Shown here: positions 7,313 to 15,327 of the stretch, piece by piece | Position numbering within the stretch: position 1 is the stretch's first letter | Layout of the letters: the number at the start of each line of letters is the position of its first letter | Source: a virus | Lineage: Duplodnaviria > Caudoviricetes | Reading direction: 5' to 3' (one strand) | DNA: 64,000 nucleotides | Virus record (IMG/VR): IMGVR_UViG_3300037247_001786 | Location: 96,001 to 160,000 of that record | Made by a program: the position numbers and the translations under genes | Notes under the pieces: generated by a model | Seen by the model: only the letters and a program-made list of their open reading frames with translations | Told to the model about the DNA's origin: nothing | Database searches by the model: none

Positions 7313-7762
7313 ATGAAAATAGTGATAAATAGTTGTTATGGGGGTTTTGGGCTTTCTTTAAAAGCTCAAGAAGAATATTTAAAATTGTCTGGTAAGGAAG
7401 CTTATTTTTATAAGATGTCTGAATATAAAAATTTTAAAGATGGTCCAAATGAATATAAAAAAGAAGAATACAAAAGGACATCTTCTAAATCTAATTCTCT
7501 TTGGTCTCAAACATTCACAAAAGATTTTGGAGAAACTTTCGAAAGTATTCCAGACGAAGATTATAGAAAATATATCTTTAATGACTATAAAATAGAAAGA
7601 GATGATCCTATTTTAGTATCTGTTGTAGAGAGTTTGGGTAAAGAGGCTAACGGAGCTTGTGCCGAACTGTCTATTGTAGAGGTGCCAGATGATATTAAAT
7701 GGTTTATAGATGAATATGACGGACAGGAACATGTAGCTGAAGAACATAGTACTTGGTATTAG
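7313..7762 (+). CDS. Conserved phage hypothetical protein
   Basis: MKIVINSCYGGFGLS...RDDPILVSVVESLG...IDEYDGQEHVAE, a pattern I recall from many phage proteins of unknown function. Confidence 0.75.
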   Translation: MKIVINSCYGGFGLSLKAQEEYLKLSGKEAYFYKMSEYKNFKDGPNEYKKEEYKRTSSKSNSLWSQTFTKDFGETFESIPDEDYRKYIFNDYKIERDDPILVSVVESLGKEANGACAELSIVEVPDDIKWFIDEYDGQEHVAEEHSTWY

Positions 7763-7773
7763 GAGATATATTA

Positions 7774-7953
7774 ATGAGTACTTTAACTGAAACATTATTG
7801 TGTGTATTAATGACAGTGGCAATATTTTGTATTTTCTATACTACTTTATTTATATTTGGTATTTTTCTTAATATAGCGATGATATCTTATATTTTAGGTA
7901 TTATAATTTTACTTCTTTTTAGATATAATATGACAGGAGATGATTGTGGGTAA
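7774..7953 (+). CDS. Small two-TM membrane protein
   Basis: Two hydrophobic stretches; SD AGGAG upstream of ATG 7774. Confidence 0.6.
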   Translation: MSTLTETLLCVLMTVAIFCIFYTTLFIFGIFLNIAMISYILGIIILLLFRYNMTGDDCG

Positions 7954-8032
7954 AGAAATTATGATGAGGATGATGCAGGGACAGATAGAGTCGAATTAGC
8001 GACAGATGCTTAATAGTTATTTTTAAAATATT

Positions 8033-8062
8033 AAAGCCTTCTTTTAAAGAGGGCTTTTTTTT
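8033..8062 (+). terminator. Rho-independent terminator
   Basis: AAAGCCTTCTT-TTA-AAGAGGGCTTT followed by a T run. Confidence 0.75.
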
Positions 8063-8081
8063 CGCGAAAATTTAATTGTAA

Positions 8082-8104
8082 GTGATTCTATTTTATGTTA
8101 TATT
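8082..8104 (+). promoter_or_regulatory. Class I promoter (11-nt spacer variant)
   Basis: GTGATT CTATTTTATGT TATATT. Confidence 0.5.
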
Positions 8105-8127
8105 GTCATTTTAATTAAGGAAACAGT

Positions 8128-8391
8128 ATGAAGATTAATCAATATAATTTTTATTTCCCGTCTAAACTTTTAAAAGAAGTATTACCTGGTGAAGTGTTTT
8201 ATTTTACTGCTCCATGTAGTGGAACTCCTTATACTCGGATAGGAGCTTCTATTGATCATACAAAATTTTACATTCTAGACATAGGATGTAGTGAATTCTT
8301 CGAACCAAAAGAAGAAGATATGGAGAAAAGGGTTTATCTTATAGATGGTGTTTTTAACTGCACAATGCTTCCCCGCCCTGAAGACAAGTAG
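8128..8391 (+). CDS. Hypothetical protein
   Basis: 87 aa ORF, SD AAGGA. Confidence 0.65.
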   Translation: MKINQYNFYFPSKLLKEVLPGEVFYFTAPCSGTPYTRIGASIDHTKFYILDIGCSEFFEPKEEDMEKRVYLIDGVFNCTMLPRPEDK

Positions 8392-8416
8392 AGGATAATT
8401 GCCTTCTTTGTAGAAC
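8392..8416 (+). promoter_or_regulatory. Class II promoter, probably leaderless
   Basis: AGGATAA...GTAGAAC; ATG 8425 is 8 nt after the -10 box. Confidence 0.5.
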
Positions 8417-8424
8417 TATCTATT

Positions 8425-8853
8425 ATGAGTAGTTTTACAGATAATCTAATAGTTAGCCCTCTAAAAGACAGTAAAAGGTGGGTTGTAAGAAAAGAATTTT
8501 CTTATGATGTTGGTTTCGAAGGTAGTAATAATACCATAGTTGTCCCAGCGGGATTTATTACCGACTATGCAAGTATCCCGCAATTTTTATGGAGTTTATT
8601 TCCTAATGTTGGGAAATACACTTCTGCCGCCGTGATCCATGATTTTTTGTATTACTCTCACGAAAGAACAAGAAAGGAAGCTGACGATATATTTAAGGAG
8701 GGAATGATAGTTTTAGGGGTAGAGGAGTGGAAAGCCAATTTATTTTATAGTGCTGTTAGAACTTTTGGTGAAGGAGCTTATAAAAATAATAAAAAATACA
8801 TTATTAATTTTTTAGATGAATATATAAAAATACAAAAAATGGAGAAATTATGA
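8425..8853 (+). CDS. DUF1353 family protein
   Basis: IVVPAGFITDYASIPQFLWSLF...YTSAAVIHDFLY...RKEADDIF.EGM..LGV..WKA..FY.AVRTFG. Confidence 0.9.
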   Translation: MSSFTDNLIVSPLKDSKRWVVRKEFSYDVGFEGSNNTIVVPAGFITDYASIPQFLWSLFPNVGKYTSAAVIHDFLYYSHERTRKEADDIFKEGMIVLGVEEWKANLFYSAVRTFGEGAYKNNKKYIINFLDEYIKIQKMEKL

Positions 8854-9149
8854 GTTTTACATTGCAAAAAATAGGGTCAGGATTATGGATCGCGGCATTA
8901 GCATTGTTATTTTTAAAAGAAATAGCATTTTGTTATTTAGCTTTATTGGGTGTGGGGATCATTGACCTAATTTTAGTTAAGAAAAAAGAAAAAACTATCA
9001 CTCAGTGGTATAGAGCAAAATTACCTAAATTAGTAGATACTATTTTAACTGTAGGATTGGTAGGTTTATTCGTATGGGCTGGAGGGCATATCGCTGGCTT
9101 ATATTTTTTAATGGGAACAATTAATGGTCACTTAAATGGCGATTGGTAG
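8850..9149 (+). CDS. Small multi-pass membrane protein (holin-like candidate)
   Basis: 99 aa with about three hydrophobic segments around a basic loop; ATGA overlap with DUF1353. Confidence 0.6.
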   Translation: MSFTLQKIGSGLWIAALALLFLKEIAFCYLALLGVGIIDLILVKKKEKTITQWYRAKLPKLVDTILTVGLVGLFVWAGGHIAGLYFLMGTINGHLNGDW

Positions 9150-9219
9150 GACAATAGTGATGAAGAGTTAAGGGTAGTAGGGTCAATAGAGGATCGTTTT
9201 GAGATATTAGATTTATGAT

Positions 9220-9248
9220 AAGATGGTTAGCCAATAGCCATCTTTTTT
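9220..9248. terminator. Bidirectional terminator between convergent blocks
   Basis: AAGATGGTTA-GCCAA-TAGCCATCTT followed by a T run. Confidence 0.65.
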
Positions 9249-9252
9249 ATTT

Positions 9253-10455
9253 TTAACCATGTTCATGTGGATAATTTTCTAAACTCCTATTTTCTACCAA
9301 TGATCTATCGGCAGTTGCAACAGTTCTACTTTCCAGCCTTCCTCCAACAGTTGCTCTAAATAATAAAAGATCTGACATATCATCAGTTACAATGACTCTT
9401 AATTCGTCATCATTTTCTCCCTTTAGAACTAATGGGGCATAATTTACTATTCTACATTGCAAGAAAGTAGTTGTATCATCTCCCCATATCTTTACATGAG
9501 TATTTGGTATACTTAGTAAATCTCCTATTGATCTTGTTGGAAGAGAAAAGACTATAACTCCATCAACGATTCTTTGATATATTACTCCTGATGCTAATGT
9601 TATTCCTAAGAATTTTGTATAATCAAGGTAGGAGACTGTAGGATGGTAAGTAGGATCTCCTGCGACAACTGGAAGAGCATTAGGAGCTGTTGCTATTGGA
9701 GCCGCTATAGTAAGGGTAATTTCATCAACATGATGCCACTGATCTCTTAATGGTACGATATTGAATATTTTAGGACCACCTCCTACTGTTGACCCCTCTA
9801 TTTGTAAATCATCTATATAGAACGTTGGACCTAATCCGCTTCTAACTTCTATTGTGACTCTAAGAGCATCTATTGTTAATCCTATTAATGCCATATCTAA
9901 CAAAGGTATAGTTAATTTTTGCCAATTTCCAGTTGAAGCAGGTGTAAAATAATTTTCTAACAACACTCTTGTTCCTACATCTACTGCTCCTCCTGTGTCC
10001 CATCCATAAATACTTATGTCATCTCCTGCTGCCCAATTTGCTGTAACATATACGAACAGAGTTATAGAAGAATAGGCAGATAGGGTTATATTTCCTGAAG
10101 GATTTAAAAATTGTATGGTATCACCAGGCTGGGAATTGATAGATTGTAGACTTTGAGTTCCTGTATTAGCCTGAGTTATACTAGTTAGATCCCAGTTTGG
10201 TCCATTTTCTATAGAACCAGTCCAATATGGGTTATCTCCTCCATCGTAGACTTCTTCTATGACCGCTCCTACTCCTGAGCTTGCATCTATATTCATGCCT
10301 ATTCCTAATTCGGAATTGGAAAAGAATTGGGTCAAGTTAGTATATTCTTTCAGATCGCGTGTGGATACAATAAGACCATTTTTTTCTCCTGGAGAGACAT
10401 CTATGTGAGCTTTATTATTATTCTTAGGATCTGTAATATAACTTTCTACGCCCAT
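9253..10455 (-). CDS. Putative virion protein with galactose-binding/CBM-like domain
   Basis: 400 aa, rich in Gly/Thr/Ser/Asp; YSSITLFVYV...WQKLTIPL...FYIDDLQI jelly-roll pattern. Confidence 0.6.
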   Translation of the reverse strand: MGVESYITDPKNNNKAHIDVSPGEKNGLIVSTRDLKEYTNLTQFFSNSELGIGMNIDASSGVGAVIEEVYDGGDNPYWTGSIENGPNWDLTSITQANTGTQSLQSINSQPGDTIQFLNPSGNITLSAYSSITLFVYVTANWAAGDDISIYGWDTGGAVDVGTRVLLENYFTPASTGNWQKLTIPLLDMALIGLTIDALRVTIEVRSGLGPTFYIDDLQIEGSTVGGGPKIFNIVPLRDQWHHVDEITLTIAAPIATAPNALPVVAGDPTYHPTVSYLDYTKFLGITLASGVIYQRIVDGVIVFSLPTRSIGDLLSIPNTHVKIWGDDTTTFLQCRIVNYAPLVLKGENDDELRVIVTDDMSDLLLFRATVGGRLESRTVATADRSLVENRSLENYPHEHG

Positions 10456-10461
10456 ATTTTA

Positions 10462-11055
10462 TTATCCTGAGAATGTTGGGTGATAGTTGATACCAAATGT
10501 TAATGATATTTTTTCTGAGGTAGGTGTCTTACTATACACAGAGATGATTCTATTTCTAGGAATAATTATGTCTTGGTCGAAGTTATGATATTTAGAACCG
10601 TTTGACTCTATGTATACTCTTTGAAGAATTGTTCCTCCAGATAATCCTGTTATATCATCTCCTGCCAAAAAAGTTCCAATTGCAGTATTCCCGCTACCAA
10701 GATTCATATTAACAGGAGTCACGCTTGTGCCTCCAACAGGATCTCCTTCCTCTCCTCCTCTAATCTCAATGCAATCACTAAGTCCTGTTCCTGCTAATCT
10801 ATGTGTCATTCCTTCTATTGTCATATCTATCGCTGAAGTATTTTTCATATAGAATATGCAAACTTCTTCATCAGTATCTCCAGCAGAAGGGTCATAGGTC
10901 ATAGGAGTTTGCTCAAGAAGGATATTAAAGGCTAGACCATGACTATGATTTGTATCATGTTCTGTTGATGCAGTGATCGCAACAACTTCTAACTTATTAT
11001 CTTTATTAACGGCAACGGTTCTGCCTGATCCTGTCCCATCTTCAATTAAAATAAT
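10462..11055 (-). CDS. Putative structural protein, paralog of 11090-11677; true N-terminus lies upstream of the track ATG (10902), possible ATT start
   Basis: Frame open to an in-frame TAA at 11071-11073; reads IILIEDGTGSGRTVAVNKDNKLEVVAI, aligning with MSIIEDGKGSGKKVGVSASGRLEVVAV; no ATG/GTG/TTG in the extension. Confidence 0.65.
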   Translation of the reverse strand: MILIEDGTGSGRTVAVNKDNKLEVVAITASTEHDTNHSHGLAFNILLEQTPMTYDPSAGDTDEEVCIFYMKNTSAIDMTIEGMTHRLAGTGLSDCIEIRGGEEGDPVGGTSVTPVNMNLGSGNTAIGTFLAGDDITGLSGGTILQRVYIESNGSKYHNFDQDIIIPRNRIISVYSKTPTSEKISLTFGINYHPTFSG

Positions 11056-11089
11056 ACACCATCCTTTTCTTTAATTAATATTTTCATTA

Positions 11090-11677
11090 TTACCCTGGTC
11101 TTTTCATTCCGAAAGATAATCTAGTATAAAAGGTTCCAGCAGTCTTATCTCCTACATATGATAGTTCCATAGTTCCTCCTTGTCCTAGTACGACCGATGC
11201 TTCTTTATTGAAAACGTTCATATCTCCATCTTCTTTTGTATACCATCTATCAATTTCTAATGCAGTTCCAGCCAAAGTTGGATTATCTGTATAAACAGTT
11301 ACTGCTGCTTCATTGTTGCTAGCTGTATTTATATTTATAGGGTCTACTTCTATTCCTCCAGATTCGTATGTTCTTCCGAAAGCTATTCTATAATAATTAT
11401 TATCACTAGTTGCAAAAGCAGTTCCTCCAGAAGACCCAAGTATTTGATGTCTTACATATGTAACGATTATACTTTCTGATGGCGAGTTATTCCTGATATG
11501 CAAAGCAGTTGTTGTTCCGCTACTGAGTGTTACTGTTCCTATTACTTGATAAGCTTGTTGTGCGAGGAAACTTATAGCGTGTTGGACGCTTTCTGAAACA
11601 GCTACGACTTCTAATCTACCAGAAGCACTTACTCCAACTTTTTTTCCAGAGCCTTTACCATCTTCAATAATTGACAT
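11090..11677 (-). CDS. Putative structural protein (IEDG.GSG family)
   Basis: ATG 11677 with SD GGGAG; Thr/Ser/Gly-rich beta pattern. Confidence 0.7.
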   Translation of the reverse strand: MSIIEDGKGSGKKVGVSASGRLEVVAVSESVQHAISFLAQQAYQVIGTVTLSSGTTTALHIRNNSPSESIIVTYVRHQILGSSGGTAFATSDNNYYRIAFGRTYESGGIEVDPININTASNNEAAVTVYTDNPTLAGTALEIDRWYTKEDGDMNVFNKEASVVLGQGGTMELSYVGDKTAGTFYTRLSFGMKRPG

Positions 11678-11678
11678 T

Positions 11679-11921
11679 TTATTCTCCCATTTTATCTCTA
11701 TAAGATTCAGCATCTTTATAAGTTAGTTTACTATTAGTTATTATATCTAGATGCATATTAAATTTTTTCAATTCCATTAATATTTTTTGGAAAAGCATTA
11801 ATTCTTCTAAAGAAAGAGTCATTAGCTCATTATTATCTTCTCCTGCTATTCCTATAGGTTGTGCTTCTGAATCAGTATCTTTTCCAAATCCAACTACGTT
11901 TTTTATTTTCTCTGTTGACAT
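11679..11921 (-). CDS. Small protein duplicating the C-terminus of 11945-12523
   Basis: GKDTDSEAQPIGIAGEDNNELMT vs GKDPDGNAQPIGISGEDNNEVLT. Confidence 0.75.
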   Translation of the reverse strand: MSTEKIKNVVGFGKDTDSEAQPIGIAGEDNNELMTLSLEELMLFQKILMELKKFNMHLDIITNSKLTYKDAESYRDKMGE

Positions 11922-11944
11922 TCTATTTTTTTCCCCAAAAACCT
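11920..11944 (-). promoter_or_regulatory. Class II promoter
   Basis: Minus strand AAGGTTTTTGGGGAAAAAAATAGAAT; the -10 box overlaps ATG 11921. Confidence 0.45.
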
Positions 11945-12523
11945 TTAATTTTCCTGTATAGGACCTATGTCTTTATTTCTAATATGATCCCCTGTCATGA
12001 TAGCCATTTGCATATTAGCTTTTATTAATTCTAAATAGATATCTTCTAGTAGTGTTTTTGCATCGAGGTCCATTGTTAAGACTTCATTATTATCTTCTCC
12101 CGATATTCCGATAGGTTGAGCATTTCCATCGGGGTCTTTGCCGTGAAGAAGGATTCCCCCTGTTTCGACTGTAATAGGTTGTCCTGGAGTTACTTCTTCA
12201 ATTAATTGATCGGAGACATCCGTTACTTCGTTTTCTTCTGCTGGAGTAATAGCTTCATCTATTTTAGCAATAGATATTGGTCCAGGAAATTCATTGGTAT
12301 ATATTTTCTGTTTGTTAAGGGAAAATTTGCCTGATTTAAGTAATGAAGCTAATACAGTGGAATGGCTTATTTTTTCGCGAGAATAAAATCTTAATACATC
12401 TATTTTTTTACCTGGTTTAATAACAGGAAGAAGGAGCAAATCTCCAACCGCCATATTATATTTGGTATTATTTGTTACCCACCAAGATTCTCTTTTATTC
12501 TCATCTCTTCTAATATCAGCCAC
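11945..12523 (-). CDS. Hypothetical protein whose N-domain is shared with 20975-21547
   Basis: GTG start with SD AAGGAG; NNTKYNMAVGDLLL..IKPGKKID...SREK...S..LASLLKSG. Confidence 0.75.
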   Translation of the reverse strand: MADIRRDENKRESWWVTNNTKYNMAVGDLLLLPVIKPGKKIDVLRFYSREKISHSTVLASLLKSGKFSLNKQKIYTNEFPGPISIAKIDEAITPAEENEVTDVSDQLIEEVTPGQPITVETGGILLHGKDPDGNAQPIGISGEDNNEVLTMDLDAKTLLEDIYLELIKANMQMAIMTGDHIRNKDIGPIQEN

Positions 12524-12528
12524 ACTAT

Positions 12529-13119
12529 TTATTCTCCTTTATTTCCTATACTAATATTGCCTGATCCAGTATTAGTTATATTTATTGTAGGAGGAGTAAG
12601 TTCGTGTCCCTGTTGATGAGGCATACGATTTCCATAGATTGAACTTCTCCAATCGGTTACGCCATCTAAATATTTAGCAGCTTCTAATGAACGACTTGGG
12701 GTAACATTTTTTCTATCAATGTCAAGATATCTCATTGCTTCCCTTGCCATTCCTTGTAGTGTTGGTCCTGGCATATCGTCATCTTCATATTCTGCTTTAA
12801 GGTCTTCTACAACGTTAACGCATCTATTAAATGTTTTAATTGCCCTTTTTGATTCTTGTTTCGGATATTTCCAAGCTTCTGAAAAGAGGGGGAATGCGTG
12901 AACATCGCTCATAAAGACAGCGGTCAATACAATCCTGCTTTTTGATTCGGTCAGTTTTACTTTACAAGTGTAGCCATCGCTATCCATTGTATCATTATAG
13001 TCTGTTTCGTGACCTTTTGACATGTAGGCAAGTTTTACCATCTTCTCTTTGCGAAAAAAGTGTTTTTCAAATGAATGAATAACTTTAGGGTCTTGACATT
13101 TTCTTTGATACCAGTTCAT
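12529..13119 (-). CDS. Hypothetical protein with MNWY leader
   Basis: ATG 13119 gives MNWYQRKCQ (track start is 13137). Confidence 0.7.
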   Translation of the reverse strand: MNWYQRKCQDPKVIHSFEKHFFRKEKMVKLAYMSKGHETDYNDTMDSDGYTCKVKLTESKSRIVLTAVFMSDVHAFPLFSEAWKYPKQESKRAIKTFNRCVNVVEDLKAEYEDDDMPGPTLQGMAREAMRYLDIDRKNVTPSRSLEAAKYLDGVTDWRSSIYGNRMPHQQGHELTPPTINITNTGSGNISIGNKGE

Positions 13120-13128
13120 ACTCTCATT

Positions 13129-13153
13129 CTTCCGCATTTAGGGCAAAAACCCT
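13129..13153 (-). promoter_or_regulatory. Class II promoter driving the minus-strand block
   Basis: Minus strand AAAGGGTTTTTGCCCTAAATGCGGAAG. Confidence 0.55.
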
Positions 13154-13175
13154 TTTTTTACTTTTTCCTTTGAAA

Positions 13176-13197
13176 GTGATTCTATAAGTGGTATAAT
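13176..13197 (+). promoter_or_regulatory. Class I promoter
   Basis: TTGAAA GTGATT CTATAAGTGG TATAAT. Confidence 0.7.
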
Positions 13198-13358
13198 GTC
13201 TTTTGATCCCACTTATCTCACTTTGGTTTGGTTTGTTTGGGTTAATATTATTATATTAAAAACATTAATTAAATAATATATCACATAATATAAAAGAAAT
13301 ATAATAGAAATATTATAATATATAACATAACACATTAAAACAATATATAGGAGTAATT

Positions 13359-14222
13359 ATGAAGTTTCCTTGGAATAAATATATAGAGCTTCCTTTAGAA
13401 AGTAGAAATACACTTCAAGTATTTATCACTAATAAATGCAATATGAGATGTACTGGTTGTTTTGCTAGAAAGGTAATGGGAGATAATAATCAAAATATCA
13501 GTTTAGATGAGTATGAGAGGGTTATTGTTGACTTTATTAAAAAAGAGGGTAGGCAGATTAATTTATTGGGTGGAGAGCCTCTTTTACATCCTGAATTAAG
13601 AGGTATTCTTAGTATAAATAAACATTATGGGTTAAAAACGACGATTTATACGAATGGAACTGCTTTTAAAGGATATATTCCATCTGATTTTAAAGATGCA
13701 AAATTAAGAGTTTCTATATATTCTCATAGAGGAGACGATAAGTCATGTTTATCTATTCCTCATGATTCTCCTCATTTTGATGGTAATTTCATGGTTTCCC
13801 GCACAACAACAGTTAAGGAACTTATTTCTTCTGCTAATAGGTGTGAAGAGATATATGGCTGTAAAGTATTTTTCATCTCCTCTCTCAGGGAGCTTGACAA
13901 TGAGCGTAGAGAGTTCTTTGACGACACTGACCTAACTATGCCTCTCTTCGAGTATAAAGAGCTTGTGCATAGGTTCTTGGACTTATATGAGGGAGATATG
14001 GATATTCATGTATCCAAACGGGGAGTATTTGAGAGTACAACTAGTTTATGTAATAATTCTTGCCGGTTCGCGAACTATTTTATTGGGGGTAAAATTATTC
14101 AATGCCCTTATGATGTAGTTAATGAAGTGTATCAAGATGGGTATAGTTTTAATAAAAGATATTGTAGACAAAGTAATAGCTGCTTGATGAGTAAAGTGAT
14201 TTACAGGAAGAAAGATGAGTGA
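13359..14222 (+). CDS. Radical SAM enzyme
   Basis: ITNKCNMRCTGC (CX3CX2C), LLGGEPLLHP, YTNG motifs; extra C-terminal cysteines. Confidence 0.9.
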   Translation: MKFPWNKYIELPLESRNTLQVFITNKCNMRCTGCFARKVMGDNNQNISLDEYERVIVDFIKKEGRQINLLGGEPLLHPELRGILSINKHYGLKTTIYTNGTAFKGYIPSDFKDAKLRVSIYSHRGDDKSCLSIPHDSPHFDGNFMVSRTTTVKELISSANRCEEIYGCKVFFISSLRELDNERREFFDDTDLTMPLFEYKELVHRFLDLYEGDMDIHVSKRGVFESTTSLCNNSCRFANYFIGGKIIQCPYDVVNEVYQDGYSFNKRYCRQSNSCLMSKVIYRKKDE

Positions 14223-14379
14223 ATCTAAGGGAAAAGTTAATAAAGAGAAGCTTGAGGCATATCAAGCTAAAAAGCAAGGATTTACCGAAGATACGAGGAC
14301 ATACGCCTCTATGCTTAAAAGAGCTTTTTTGAGAAATAAAGCGGCATCAAAAATTAAACACGTCAGATATATTGGATAA
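14215..14379 (+). CDS. Small basic protein, 54 aa; not in the ORF track
   Basis: MSESKGKVNKEKLEAYQAKKQGFTEDTRTYASMLKRAFLRNKAASKIKHVRYIG; start overlaps the radical SAM stop; AGGA upstream. Confidence 0.5.
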   Translation: MSESKGKVNKEKLEAYQAKKQGFTEDTRTYASMLKRAFLRNKAASKIKHVRYIG

Positions 14380-14388
14380 AATAGAGTA

Positions 14389-14652
14389 TTAGTATCCTCT
14401 TCTTTTCCTGTCTTCTTTTTCCATTCTTAAGGCTGCTTCTACGACATTTAATATCGCACTGTCAAATTCTTGGTCTCCCTTTCTTTTGCAATCATAGTTA
14501 TGATCCCAATTTTTTACGATCCACTCTAGAGACCTTACATTGTTTTCGTGATCTGATATCACTGTTTCGTATGACCCTCTAATAAAACATACTACATCTA
14601 GGGATATTCCTAATATATCTTCTTTTGGGAACCATTCTGGTCTATAAGTCAT
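14389..14652 (-). CDS. Hypothetical protein
   Basis: 87 aa, SD AAGGAG, own class I promoter. Confidence 0.7.
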   Translation of the reverse strand: MTYRPEWFPKEDILGISLDVVCFIRGSYETVISDHENNVRSLEWIVKNWDHNYDCKRKGDQEFDSAILNVVEAALRMEKEDRKRRGY

Positions 14653-14677
14653 ATTTTTCTCCTTTTCTAATTTCTAT

Positions 14678-14699
14678 ATTATATCTAAATTTATAGCAC
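14678..14699 (-). promoter_or_regulatory. Class I promoter variant
   Basis: Minus strand AAAA GTGCTA TAAATTTAGA TATAAT. Confidence 0.55.
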
Positions 14700-14726
14700 T
14701 TTTCTAATTTATTCCGATAAATATAT

Positions 14727-15215
14727 ATGAAGACTATAGAGATGTATGTAAATGGAGAGAAATGGAAAAATACTACTATTTCAGATATAGAATTAGGTAG
14801 AGGTCATTTTCCTATAGATAGCTCTGTTTATAGTCATTATGAAGATAGAGGGCGTTATGATTTTGGCGGGCTTATTGTTACGCCGGAAGAAGTTCATAGA
14901 GTTGAATTCGAAATAGAATCATATTCTTATATGTATGCCAATCAATCTGTCTCTCCTATTATTTATGATGACCTTCTAAAACGTTCTATGGATAAAAGAT
15001 TAGATTTTATTTTTATGGGCAGAAGGATACACGATATAAGTTTTGATAGAAATAGTTTTATTACAACATGGTATAGAGCTGAATGCAACGATCCTAATTT
15101 TTATATTTCAGAAGAGGGAAATATAGAATATAAAAAAATTGAAAAAAAGAAGGTCATAGTTAAGATTACTATTAAAAAAAGACGAAATTATTTCGAATGG
15201 ATAGATTTGGATTAA
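14727..15215 (+). CDS. Hypothetical protein
   Basis: 162 aa ORF, no SD. Confidence 0.65.
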   Translation: MKTIEMYVNGEKWKNTTISDIELGRGHFPIDSSVYSHYEDRGRYDFGGLIVTPEEVHRVEFEIESYSYMYANQSVSPIIYDDLLKRSMDKRLDFIFMGRRIHDISFDRNSFITTWYRAECNDPNFYISEEGNIEYKKIEKKKVIVKITIKKRRNYFEWIDLD

Positions 15216-15218
15216 AAA

Positions 15219-15295
15219 AGGTATTTTTGTTTGGTTGGGGAACTGTAATGTAAGTGAATTTAGTTATTTAAAAGTGATTCATAATAGAGTATACT
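15219..15295 (+). promoter_or_regulatory. Tandem class II (15219-15243) and class I (15274-15295) promoters
   Basis: AAAGGTATT...GGGGAAC, then GTGATT CATAATAGAG TATACT, then SD GAGGAGGT. Confidence 0.6.
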
Positions 15296-15327
15296 AAATA
15301 ATGACATCCTGAGGAGGTATATTTATT

